64,000 nt of DNA from an uncultured Candidatus Saccharibacteria bacterium (GTDB lineage Bacteria; Patescibacteriota; Minisyncoccia; Phycocordibacterales; JAKFXT01): positions 2,663 through 66,662 of the forward strand of contig CAZIPS010000003.1 in assembly GCA_964541455.1 (NCBI GenBank), written 5' to 3'. This document shows positions 1-8,727 of this stretch, one piece after another; position 1 is the first letter of the stretch, and each line of letters begins with the position of its first letter. The notes beneath the pieces were generated by a model that did not search any database, was not told where the DNA came from, and worked only from the letters and a program-made list of their open reading frames with translations. The translations under genes were made by a program, and so were the position numbers.

Positions 1-240
1 CACCTTATCTGGTTTTACCTTGCTATAGACCGCTACACCACTATAGCCCTTACGGGTTTGAGATGAAGAGAAGTACTTGTGATAACCAACAAGTGAGATA
101 AGCTCTTCTGGCGCCTGACTCTCCTCGCATTTTGTCTCTTGAAAACAGAAAATGTCTGGAGATTCTTTAATAAGCCAAGCGAGTGCCCCCTTCCTATGCA
201 CTGCCCGTAGCCCGTTTACATTCCATGAGATAATGTTCAT
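1..240 (-). CDS. xth: Exodeoxyribonuclease III / AP endonuclease (5' part; runs off the window start)
   Basis: Not in the ORF track. Manual translation from ATG 240 gives MNIISWNVNGLRAVHRKG...PDIFCFQETK...KGYSGVAVYSK, the ExoIII N-terminal motifs. Confidence 0.93.
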   Translation of the reverse strand, partial: MNIISWNVNGLRAVHRKGALAWLIKESPDIFCFQETKCEESQAPEELISLVGYHKYFSSSQTRKGYSGVAVYSKVKPDKV

Positions 241-294
241 TCTGCCAATTTTAGCATATGCTTATGTGAGTCACTTACTTACGAGGAGTAAGTC

Positions 295-687
295 GTGTAC
301 CTATACGTTCTGCAACTGGGAGAAAACGGCCCCTGGGCCTGTAACATCAAAATGATCGAAAGGGTAATCGATCACCTTGGTGTTGTCCCCTTTGGGGTAT
401 GGCTTATCGAAGATGACAGGGGTCCTTCACTTTACTTTGGGGAAAAGCCAACTTTTTGTGCCGACCCAGAACTTCTCACTTCCTACACTTCCATACGAGC
501 GGCAGTATGGGGAGAATATGGTGAATTTGGGTATGAAGAGCTCTATCTTACCTTTGGCTTCTATGAAACAGAGACAGGGGAAGAAGAGTATCAATGGACC
601 ATAAGCCTGAACAACGAACTAATCGTCATGAGAAGAGAAGCGAGAAAGGAAGGTCTTCGGGAACAGACAATTCGAATCAAGATCTGA
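295..687 (+). CDS. Hypothetical protein (orphan cassette)
   Basis: 130-aa ORF with GAGGAG SD upstream of GTG 295 and a hairpin terminator immediately after the stop. Confidence 0.6.
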   Translation: MYLYVLQLGENGPWACNIKMIERVIDHLGVVPFGVWLIEDDRGPSLYFGEKPTFCADPELLTSYTSIRAAVWGEYGEFGYEELYLTFGFYETETGEEEYQWTISLNNELIVMRREARKEGLREQTIRIKI

Positions 688-688
688 A

Positions 689-718
689 ACGCGAGGGAGG
701 CCTCGCGTTATTTATTTT
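689..718. terminator. Hairpin terminator between convergent genes
   Basis: AACGCGAGG-gagg-CCTCGCGTT followed by an AT run. Confidence 0.6.
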
Positions 719-1629
719 CCACCACTATGAAACTTTTTATGAATTTCACGAAGATGTGAGTCCGTAACGTGTGTATATATTTGCGTGGTGCCAATATTAG
801 CGTGTCCTAGAAGTGCCTGTACACTACGTAGATCCGCACCATTACTAAGTAAGTCAGTGGCGAATGCATGACGAAGGGTGTGGGGAGTGACTTTACTTGT
901 GATCCCAGCTCTCGCTACATATTTTTTCAAATGTCGCTGCACATCACGAGGAATAATGCGGTGCACCTTCTTGTCTCTTCCATCCACAAACAAAGCTTCC
1001 TCCATATCGCTCCTTGCCTTTAAATATTCTCGCACCGCCTCCTTAGCAATAGGGGAGAGGAACACTACGCGCACCTTTTCTCCCTTACCACGTACCGAGA
1101 CCTCATCACGAGAGAGGTCTATATCACTATTGAGCGCACAAAGTTCAGAAACGCGAAGCCCTGTTGAAAAAAGAAGTTCGAGAATTGCTCGATCACGCAA
1201 TAGCGCTCGGCGTTTATGAGGATCTTTTTCTTTGGCAAGCGCCTCACTTGGTGCATTGCGTAGTCGCTCAAACTCACTCTGCGTCATAAGATCAAGTTGT
1301 CTTTCAGGGAGCTTCGGTAGCTCTATTTTCTCAGGGGAAACCGCGGCAATATCGCGCTTACGCAAAAACTTAAGGAAGGCGCGAATAGCAATGATGTAAT
1401 AGTTCTGTGTACGCCGCTTCATAGAGTCTCGCCCCGTACCCGCTTGCCTATTGAGCCAAAGCCTGAAATCACGGATATTTTGCTCAGTGATATCCGCTGC
1501 CCTAGCAAGCTTCATTTGACTGAAATAACGCGTAAGGTAGCGATCATAGTTCTCGATCGTTTTGACCGCTCGTCCCTTTTCTATTTCGAGATATTCAAGG
1601 AATTGGCGTTTAAGAGTTTCGATTTCCAT
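712..1629 (-). CDS. xerC: Tyrosine recombinase, XerC/XerD family
   Basis: N-terminal SAM-like domain; catalytic motifs TGLRVSEL, HTLRHAFAT, LLGHANIGTTQIYTH. Confidence 0.9.
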   Translation of the reverse strand: MEIETLKRQFLEYLEIEKGRAVKTIENYDRYLTRYFSQMKLARAADITEQNIRDFRLWLNRQAGTGRDSMKRRTQNYYIIAIRAFLKFLRKRDIAAVSPEKIELPKLPERQLDLMTQSEFERLRNAPSEALAKEKDPHKRRALLRDRAILELLFSTGLRVSELCALNSDIDLSRDEVSVRGKGEKVRVVFLSPIAKEAVREYLKARSDMEEALFVDGRDKKVHRIIPRDVQRHLKKYVARAGITSKVTPHTLRHAFATDLLSNGADLRSVQALLGHANIGTTQIYTHVTDSHLREIHKKFHSGGK

Positions 1630-1634
1630 AGGCT

Positions 1635-2099
1635 TTATTTTTTAGTTAAAACAAGAACAACTCGGGGCTCCCCATCACCAAAATAATTTTCCTTTCTCGA
1701 CTCAAGAGTAAATCCAAAAGAATTGTATAAGCTAAGAGCGACCTTGTTGTTAGGGTGAGTAACCAAATCAATCCTTTTGAAATCTTCCAGCATTTCTAGT
1801 AATTTAGCTAAAGCCGCCCGAGCAATGCCGCGACCCTGAAAAAGAGGGTCAACTACCAAACCACTAATATAAGCATGGTCGTTTTCTTTTTTTTGGTAAG
1901 AAATACTACCAACTATCGTATTTTCATAAACTATAAAATACACAATTCCATTTTTTAGCTCTTCTTCCCACTCTTCGTAGGTTAGTAATGCACTGTAAAG
2001 AGGAGTTACTCCAATACTCTTCTCAACATCTATTAGACTTGAAATGTCTTCCTTTGCGGCTCTCTTTAAATCAATTGGCATAATTTTAGTTTGTCGCAC
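1635..2099 (-). CDS. GNAT (RimI-like) N-acetyltransferase
   Basis: VDPLFQGRGIA acetyl-CoA motif; NKVALSLYNSFGF. Confidence 0.85.
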   Translation of the reverse strand: MRQTKIMPIDLKRAAKEDISSLIDVEKSIGVTPLYSALLTYEEWEEELKNGIVYFIVYENTIVGSISYQKKENDHAYISGLVVDPLFQGRGIARAALAKLLEMLEDFKRIDLVTHPNNKVALSLYNSFGFTLESRKENYFGDGEPRVVLVLTKK

Positions 2100-2149
2100 A
2101 ATAATTTTACCATACGATCTACTCTAGTTTCTGTGCTACACTTATTCAT

Positions 2150-2365
2150 ATGATAGAAAACCCACTTGAAAACCCTCGACGAGAGGCTATTAGGAACGCA
2201 GGGGATGAGGAGCTGGCTCTTTGGGAAGAAATAACGCGTGACGAAGGGGAGGTATCTCCTTTTGCCGCAAATATTCCCTTCGACCGACCAGAAATTGTCG
2301 CCGAAATAACCCGCCGCCGAGAAGAAATGGAGGACGAGGGCACCTCAATACCCGCAACTTCCTAG
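2150..2365 (+). CDS. Small acidic hypothetical protein
   Basis: 71-aa ORF; extended -10 TGCTACACT (2134-2142) 7 nt before ATG. Confidence 0.55.
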   Translation: MIENPLENPRREAIRNAGDEELALWEEITRDEGEVSPFAANIPFDRPEIVAEITRRREEMEDEGTSIPATS

Positions 2366-2424
2366 TAAATACCCCCTAGAGCTAAGGGTTGTCAAAGTGG
2401 GGTAAACCTGCTAGTATAGTCCCA

Positions 2425-2688
2425 ATGCTTACTAAGAAGAAAAAGGAAAAAGTAATCAAAGAAGTCCAGCTTCATAAGAATGATACTGGGTCTCCTGAAG
2501 TGCAAATTTCAATACTTTCAAAGAGTATCGACGAACTTGCTTCCCACCTTAAGAAAAATCCTAAGGACAAGCATAGTCGTCGTGGACTCCTCCAAATGGT
2601 TGCTGACCGCCGTGTTCATCTTGCCTACCTTAAAAAGAAAAGCGAGAAGCGTTACAACGTGGTAGTACGCAAACTTGAGCTTAAGTAA
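2425..2688 (+). CDS. rpsO: 30S ribosomal protein S15
   Basis: DTGSPEVQI, HLKKNPKDKHSRRGLL motifs; start moved to ATG 2425. Confidence 0.97.
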   Translation: MLTKKKKEKVIKEVQLHKNDTGSPEVQISILSKSIDELASHLKKNPKDKHSRRGLLQMVADRRVHLAYLKKKSEKRYNVVVRKLELK

Positions 2689-2796
2689 GCAGTAGAGACG
2701 AAACACTTTTCGCCTCGTATTCGAAAATATTTTAATACGTATAGATCGCTATTTTTCGAATAGCACTTTTAATACATTAGTGCGATCTTTAAATAC

Positions 2797-3405
2797 ATGA
2801 GTGTTATAAAACACAAAGAACAGCGCGTAGGAATGTTTATAGACGCGCAGAACCTTTATCACAGCGCCAAGAATCTCTATCATGGCAAAGTAAACTTTGG
2901 CAATGTTGTGAAGGACGCTATTGCTGGCCGCTCTGTTATCCGCGTAGTAGCGTATGTTATTACTACTGAGTCAGGTGAAGAGAAAACTTTTTTCGAAGCA
3001 CTTGAGAAACTTGGTATCGAAACTAAAACCAAGGACCTCCAGATTTTCTGGGGCGGTGCTAAAAAAGCTGATTGGGATGTAGGACTTGCGGTAGATGCTA
3101 TCCGTCTTGCACCGAAGCTTGATACGGTTATTTTAGCAACTGGAGACGGAGACTTCTGTCCACTTGTTGAATATTTGAAACATAATGAGGGCTGTCAGGT
3201 AGAAGTAGTTTCATTCGGTAAATCTACTTCAAGCAAACTCAAAGAAGTGGCTGATGACTTCTTTGACCTTTCAGAAAACCCCCGCAAGTATCTTATAGGC
3301 GGCAACACGCGTAGTGGGGGGAGTCGTCGCGGCTACCGCACTCCGGAGCAAATCCTTGCAGAAGCAGAAGAGAAAGGCGATATTGAAGAAATAACTGAAG
3401 CGTAG
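2797..3405 (+). CDS. NYN domain (LabA/DUF88, PIN-like) protein
   Basis: FIDAQNL, KKADWDVGLAVD, ATGDGDF, LKEVADDF motifs. Confidence 0.9.
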   Translation: MSVIKHKEQRVGMFIDAQNLYHSAKNLYHGKVNFGNVVKDAIAGRSVIRVVAYVITTESGEEKTFFEALEKLGIETKTKDLQIFWGGAKKADWDVGLAVDAIRLAPKLDTVILATGDGDFCPLVEYLKHNEGCQVEVVSFGKSTSSKLKEVADDFFDLSENPRKYLIGGNTRSGGSRRGYRTPEQILAEAEEKGDIEEITEA

Positions 3406-3410
3406 ATCAT

Positions 3411-3457
3411 AAAAGTAAAACCCCTCCGCCACAAAGTGGCGGAGGGGTTTTACTTTT
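3411..3457. terminator. Bidirectional intrinsic terminator
   Basis: Perfect 22-bp inverted repeat AAAAGTAAAACCCCTCCGCCAC-aaa-GTGGCGGAGGGGTTTTACTTTT. Confidence 0.85.
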
Positions 3458-3523
3458 AACCTATTTTATGGCAGAATATAAAAAGTCAAATTTTGTTCCG
3501 GCCCTAAAAGGAGGGGTCACACA

Positions 3524-3958
3524 ATGGAATTGCAGCCAATAAACCAGTTTGCCTTTGCCCGAGCCGTGGCAGAGCTTTCTGGTGAAGGACCAGAGGTGGG
3601 GAGAAGCGGACTCTACACAACCTTCCCACAAGTCCCCGGGAAACCGGAGCTCCACTGCCTCACCACCGCCATGAAGTGGATTGGCGGACCGCGGCAGTCG
3701 GGCGAAGCCCAGCTCGTCGTCGTCGACAAGCTCCGCGAGCAGCCGGTTGCGGCGCTCATGTGGACCATGACTACATCAGGACCCACACGAGAGTTCGTCG
3801 TCGACCTCGGATTCGGAGTTTCCTCCGACCCGAAGTGGAACCTCTTCCTTGGAAAGCTCAAGGAAATCGCCGAGCAAATCGGCGAGCCGCCCGAACGTTT
3901 CCGGCAAGAAGTCGGCGAGATCCTGTCCATCATCCACATGCTCGGTGTGGCGGCCTAA
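3524..3958 (+). CDS. Hypothetical protein, GC-rich orphan
   Basis: 144-aa ORF; AGGAGG SD upstream; visibly higher GC than neighbours; own terminator. Confidence 0.7.
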   Translation: MELQPINQFAFARAVAELSGEGPEVGRSGLYTTFPQVPGKPELHCLTTAMKWIGGPRQSGEAQLVVVDKLREQPVAALMWTMTTSGPTREFVVDLGFGVSSDPKWNLFLGKLKEIAEQIGEPPERFRQEVGEILSIIHMLGVAA

Positions 3959-3972
3959 CCGCCCCATCGAGC

Positions 3973-4002
3973 AAAACCCCGCCCGTCAAGGGCGGTTTTT
4001 TT
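3973..4002 (+). terminator. Intrinsic terminator
   Basis: CCGCCC-gtcaa-GGGCGG followed by T8. Confidence 0.8.
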
Positions 4003-4081
4003 ATGTTACTTTTATTTTCGCCCTATTTAAGGTAAGAATAGTGAAGCTTATTTGTTCCTAGGCCCCACGAGGTGGCCATAC

Positions 4082-4519
4082 ATGGATCCCGCTGAACTTA
4101 CCCGAATCACAGTTCGTCTTTTCAATCGACTCGTCTTCAAGTATGAAGGGACCCTTCCCAAGAAAAGTAGTGGGGACGTTGTTTCAACCCTTGTTTTAAC
4201 TGGGGAGAACCTCACCCTTAGCATCCACCCCTGGCGGCGCACATCAAGACCAGAAAAAATGGTGTATTTCTCGATTTCCTCGACAAGATGCCGCGTCCCC
4301 GTACTTTCGATCTGGCTTGATGACGAGGCTACCACCCGTATTTCGGTCGTTTCCGGCCCAACTGCCCTTAAGGGGAAGGAGTTTTCATTCCTTCTTACCC
4401 TCCAAAGGGAGGCTCTCGAAGTCTTTGACGATCACCCGTTCCTCTTCCCCGAAAACGACTTTGGGAAGTGGATACACCTCTGTGGGCACACCACCCTCCT
4501 TCTGATGCGAGGGAATTAA
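4082..4519 (+). CDS. Hypothetical protein, orphan
   Basis: ORF with GAGGTGG SD before ATG 4082; terminator at ~4550-4580. Confidence 0.65.
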   Translation: MDPAELTRITVRLFNRLVFKYEGTLPKKSSGDVVSTLVLTGENLTLSIHPWRRTSRPEKMVYFSISSTRCRVPVLSIWLDDEATTRISVVSGPTALKGKEFSFLLTLQREALEVFDDHPFLFPENDFGKWIHLCGHTTLLLMRGN

Positions 4520-4548
4520 GGTGAACCTATTCACTTAGCATCACTGCC

Positions 4549-4580
4549 ACGGCGCCAGAAAGACGGCGCCGTTTTTTATT
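4549..4580 (+). terminator. Intrinsic terminator
   Basis: ACGGCGCC-loop-GGCGCCGT followed by a T run. Confidence 0.75.
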
Positions 4581-4616
4581 ACAATAACGTACTCATAAAC
4601 AACTACCTTAAATTTT

Positions 4617-4717
4617 GCTACAGTAAGGACATTATTTATTAAAAAGGTCTTTCTATATGTAGATTTCAAAATAAGCTAACAGTAAGTGCTTATTTTTAAG
4701 TCTGACTTAGGAAGATC
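4617..4717 (+). promoter_or_regulatory. pnp promoter (extended -10) and long 5'-UTR hairpin
   Basis: TGCTACAGT at 4617-4625; irregular stem 4646-4717 (GGTCTTTCTA/TAGGAAGATC, AGATTT/AAGTCT, AAAATAAGC/GCTTATTTT). Confidence 0.6.
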
Positions 4718-4726
4718 GTAAAACAT

Positions 4727-6871
4727 ATGCAGAAAAAAATATATAGTTGCGAGTGGGCAGGTAAAACATTGAGTGCTGAGTTTACTGATCTCGCTGATCA
4801 AACAAATGGGTCTGTCATGATCCGTTATGGAGCTACGGTTGTACTTGGTACCGTGGTCATGAGCAAACATGATAAAGAAGGGCTTGAGTATTTCCCCTTG
4901 ACTGTTGACTATGATGAAAAGTTTTATGCTTCAGGGCAAATATTAGGAAGCCAATATGTTCGCCGCGAAGGACGCCCCACCGAAGAAGCGATTCTTCGCG
5001 GTCGTATTGTTGATCGCACTATTCGTCCACTATTCCCCTCGCATATTCGCCGCGATGTGCATGTGGTTATCACAACGCTTGCTATCGACCAAGATGATCC
5101 TGATGTACTTGCAGTACTTGCTGCCTCCCTCTCACTTGCCATCTCTAATATCCCTTGGAATGGGCCGGTTGGAGCAGTGCGCATTAGCCGTAAAAGTGGA
5201 TCAACTGATTTTGAAATCAATCCCACCTTCAGCAATCGCCCCGATGATGAGATGGATATTGAAATGATCTGTTGCGGCAAAGAAGGCAATATCAATATGA
5301 TTGAAGTAGGAGCTAAGGAGATATCTGAAGCTGATATCGCTAAAGCATTCGATCTTGCAGCAACACATTTAAAAGTAATAGAGGATTTCCAACACAAAAT
5401 CATTGCCGAGCTTGGAAAAACAAAGCAAGAGTTTGTTAAAGAAGTACTTGGTAAAGAGGAGATTGCTTATTTTAATGAAATCATTACTCCAAAAATCGAT
5501 GCAGCCGTATTTTCTGGTCCTGGAGGAAAAGAAATCAATGCACTAAAAGATGAGTGGCTCACACTGTTTGCTGAAAAATTTCCAGAAGGGAAGAGGGTGC
5601 TTGCAGAAGAACACTATGAGGAAATTATTAACGAGGTTATTCATAAGGAAGCCATTCTTAATCAGCGCCGTGCTGATGGGCGAGGACTCGATGAAGTGCG
5701 CCCACTTTTTGCACAAGCGGGCGGTATTTCAGAAGCGCTCCATGGTACTGGTATTTTTTACCGTGGTGGAACACACATTTTCTCAGCGCTTACACTTGGA
5801 GGACCGGAAGACGCAATGACGCTCGACACTCTTATTGGCGTTGAGAAAAAACGTCACTTTATGCTCCACTACAACTTCCCACCTTTTTCTTCAGGTGAGA
5901 CCGGACGCATGGGGGGCACCAATCGTCGTATGATTGGACATGGTGCACTTGCTGAAAAAGCACTTAGAGCAGTCGTTCCTGAACGAGAAGTATTTCCCTA
6001 CACTATCCGTATTGTTTCTGAAAGCATGGCTTCAAATGGATCAACCTCGATGGGGTCAGTGTGTGCGGGAACATTAGCGCTCATGGATGGGGGAGTGCCT
6101 ATTACCGCCCCTGTTGCTGGTATTGCTTCAGGACTTATGATGGAAACGCCGGAGCATTACGCCCTCCTCACTGATATCCAAGGCCCAGAAGATCATCATG
6201 GGGACATGGATTTCAAAGTAGCGGGCACCACTAAAGGCGTTACTGCTATTCAAATGGATGTAAAAGTGGGCGGGATTCCAATTCCCATTCTTGTAGAAGC
6301 ACTCGAGAAAGCCCGTCTTGCACGACTCCATATTTTAAAGACTATGCTTGAAGCACTCCCTGAAGCACGCAAAGACATTTCACCAAGGGCACCAAAAATT
6401 GTAGTGCTAAAAATAAACAAAGAGCAGATTGGACTTGTTATTGGCAGCGGAGGAAAAACAATCAACGAGATCAGAGAAAAGACAGGAACTGAAATTACTA
6501 TTGAGGATGATGGAGTGGTGTATATCACCGGTAAAAACGGGGGGGCAGAAAAAGCCAAAGCGATTATTGAGGCTATGACCCATGAATACAGAGCAGGAGA
6601 AAAAGTGATGGGTACCATAACCAAAATAGTTGATTTTGGTGCTTTTGTTAAGTTTGGCTTTAACAACGAAGGCCTTGTGCACATTTCAGAAATTGCCCCT
6701 TTTCGCATAGAAGTGATAGGTAATCACTTAAAAGAGGGTATGGAGGTACCGCTTGTTATAAAAGGAACCGATGAGCGTGGGAAAATTTCCCTCTCCATAA
6801 AACAAGCTGATGCAACATTCGCAGAAAAGGTTGGCTTTGCCCCCAAGGCAACACCAGAGCAAAAGAATTAG
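4727..6871 (+). CDS. pnp: Polyribonucleotide nucleotidyltransferase (PNPase)
   Basis: Two RNase PH domains (FPLTVDY, SNGSTSMGSVC, GDMDFKVAGT) plus KH and S1 domains. Confidence 0.98.
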   Translation: MQKKIYSCEWAGKTLSAEFTDLADQTNGSVMIRYGATVVLGTVVMSKHDKEGLEYFPLTVDYDEKFYASGQILGSQYVRREGRPTEEAILRGRIVDRTIRPLFPSHIRRDVHVVITTLAIDQDDPDVLAVLAASLSLAISNIPWNGPVGAVRISRKSGSTDFEINPTFSNRPDDEMDIEMICCGKEGNINMIEVGAKEISEADIAKAFDLAATHLKVIEDFQHKIIAELGKTKQEFVKEVLGKEEIAYFNEIITPKIDAAVFSGPGGKEINALKDEWLTLFAEKFPEGKRVLAEEHYEEIINEVIHKEAILNQRRADGRGLDEVRPLFAQAGGISEALHGTGIFYRGGTHIFSALTLGGPEDAMTLDTLIGVEKKRHFMLHYNFPPFSSGETGRMGGTNRRMIGHGALAEKALRAVVPEREVFPYTIRIVSESMASNGSTSMGSVCAGTLALMDGGVPITAPVAGIASGLMMETPEHYALLTDIQGPEDHHGDMDFKVAGTTKGVTAIQMDVKVGGIPIPILVEALEKARLARLHILKTMLEALPEARKDISPRAPKIVVLKINKEQIGLVIGSGGKTINEIREKTGTEITIEDDGVVYITGKNGGAEKAKAIIEAMTHEYRAGEKVMGTITKIVDFGAFVKFGFNNEGLVHISEIAPFRIEVIGNHLKEGMEVPLVIKGTDERGKISLSIKQADATFAEKVGFAPKATPEQKN

Positions 6872-6931
6872 GAACCTTTTCACAAATACTTCTTAAAAGG
6901 GGAGGGGGTGCGATGCTATACTGAATAAATC

Positions 6932-8293
6932 ATGGCTGATGATCTCCAGAAACTTGTAGACTCGACACTTAAAGGCAGTTTGTCGCAGGCTTCGTCGCTT
7001 CCTAAAGAAGAGGAAGATGAGGACTCGAACCTCACTGCCGAAGAAAAGAAAGCAAAAGCCGATCTCCGCAAGGAAATAGAGAAGGATAACGACCAACCCT
7101 CAAAACAAGGAGATCGTGGAGAGAGCATACACCCCCCCACACCACAAGAAATCGCTGAAGCAGTCCGCCTTCACCAGACAAGAGCCCCTGAGGGAAAAGA
7201 GATTAGTGCCGAAATCGTTCCTCGCCCAAAAACAATTGCTGATCTTCTACACCTTGAAGCCGAAGTTGCCAAAAATCCTCCCAAAGCCGAGCCTGCCGGA
7301 ACTTCGAAAATCCGTGAGGGGCTTAAGAACATTACTGTCACTCAAAAAACAGATTCATCAATACTCAAAAAAATACGCACATTCAAGACAGATGTGGCCG
7401 AAGCCATGACGACAGGGAAGAGTACCTATATAGGTATAGCCACCGCCCAACTCCTCAAAAATAAAAAGGAGGAGACCTCCCAAGAAACGGTCATTGATAA
7501 AGAAAAACCAGCTCCGCCTCCTCGAGCACCTGAACCTGTTTTTGAAAAAGAACCTAGCCACTCTTTTACCCCATTTTTTATAGGTATTAGCCTTCTGCTT
7601 ATACTTTCAGGGGTTGGTGGGGTGGTGTATATACAATACATTAAAAACAGTCCTATAAGTGGCCCCGTAACTGCTGCTATTGCTTCACATTTTGTCCCCA
7701 CGCAATTTGAAACGATTATAGAAACAGAGGGAAAGAATGCTTCATATTTGCGTTCGGCTGTTGCTGCAGAACGCAAAGACGCGCCTGGTGAACTCAACAA
7801 CCTTGGCAATATCAAACTCGTAGAGAGTAAAGATGCCACTCCACTTAAAGAACTCACTACTTCTGATTTTATCGCCTCCTTTGGCATGCGCCCACCCACT
7901 GAACTACTGCGCACCCTTGATCCAACTTTTATCCTTGGTATACATCGATTCCCGGCAAATCAATCGTTTCTTATTTTTAAAACCGACACCTACGAAACCG
8001 CACGAGACGCCCTACGAGAGTGGGAAGTCACTACACTTGAAAGTGATGTGGCAAAATTACTCCGCTCTCCGTCTGACTTTGATCTGACAAGTGCCTCGAG
8101 TTCAAACCTTGTGCGCCAACCCTTTAGTGATCGCGTACTTAAAAACAAAGACTGCCGCGTACTCGTCGACAAACAGGGGGATGTTATTTTCTTCTATACC
8201 TTTATCGATCGTACGTATATTGTGTTTGGTAGTGATCCTGAAACACTTGGCGCCGTACTCACTAGCCTTGCGAGCCGCAAAGTAACACAATAA
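6932..8293 (+). CDS. Single-pass membrane hypothetical protein
   Basis: 453 aa; disordered N-terminus, TM helix FFIGISLLLILSGVGGVVYI, C-terminal external domain. Confidence 0.8.
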   Translation: MADDLQKLVDSTLKGSLSQASSLPKEEEDEDSNLTAEEKKAKADLRKEIEKDNDQPSKQGDRGESIHPPTPQEIAEAVRLHQTRAPEGKEISAEIVPRPKTIADLLHLEAEVAKNPPKAEPAGTSKIREGLKNITVTQKTDSSILKKIRTFKTDVAEAMTTGKSTYIGIATAQLLKNKKEETSQETVIDKEKPAPPPRAPEPVFEKEPSHSFTPFFIGISLLLILSGVGGVVYIQYIKNSPISGPVTAAIASHFVPTQFETIIETEGKNASYLRSAVAAERKDAPGELNNLGNIKLVESKDATPLKELTTSDFIASFGMRPPTELLRTLDPTFILGIHRFPANQSFLIFKTDTYETARDALREWEVTTLESDVAKLLRSPSDFDLTSASSSNLVRQPFSDRVLKNKDCRVLVDKQGDVIFFYTFIDRTYIVFGSDPETLGAVLTSLASRKVTQ

Positions 8294-8337
8294 GCCTTTC
8301 ATTGCTTTTACTTTCTGCTTTGCTATCATGGCCATAT

Positions 8338-8721
8338 ATGACCATAGATATCCTACATTTTAAAACAAAGTTACTTGAGGAAATGCAGACGCTCGAAGAG
8401 GAGCTTACTTCTATTGGAGAGCGTAATCCAGAAAATAAGAATGATTGGCAGGCAAAGCCATCAGACCTTGAAGCAAATCCTATTGATGAAATTGAGCAGG
8501 CGGATGCCTTCGAAGAATTCGAGGCAAACACTGCCATCTTAAAGCAACTTGAGATTCGCTATAACGATGTAAAACTTGCTCTTAAGAGAATTGAAGAAGG
8601 GGCTTATGGTACTTGTGAAGTGTGTGCCACCCCTATTGAAACAGAAAGACTCGAAGCCAACCCCGCGGCCCGCACCTGCATTGCACACAAAGAAAAAGAA
8701 GCCGAACTTCGTACCGAATAA
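8338..8721 (+). CDS. TraR/DksA zinc-finger protein
   Basis: Coiled coil with DEIEQA tip; ALKRIEEGAYGTCEVC...ERLEANPAARTCIAH. Confidence 0.9.
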   Translation: MTIDILHFKTKLLEEMQTLEEELTSIGERNPENKNDWQAKPSDLEANPIDEIEQADAFEEFEANTAILKQLEIRYNDVKLALKRIEEGAYGTCEVCATPIETERLEANPAARTCIAHKEKEAELRTE

Positions 8722-8727
8722 GTCCTC

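Noticed and set aside
712-1629. Tyrosine recombinase as a prophage, ICE or integron integrase
   Set aside because: It has XerC/D size and motifs, no obvious integron-integrase insertion, and no attC array, att sites or phage genes nearby. I also found no dif-like site in the window.
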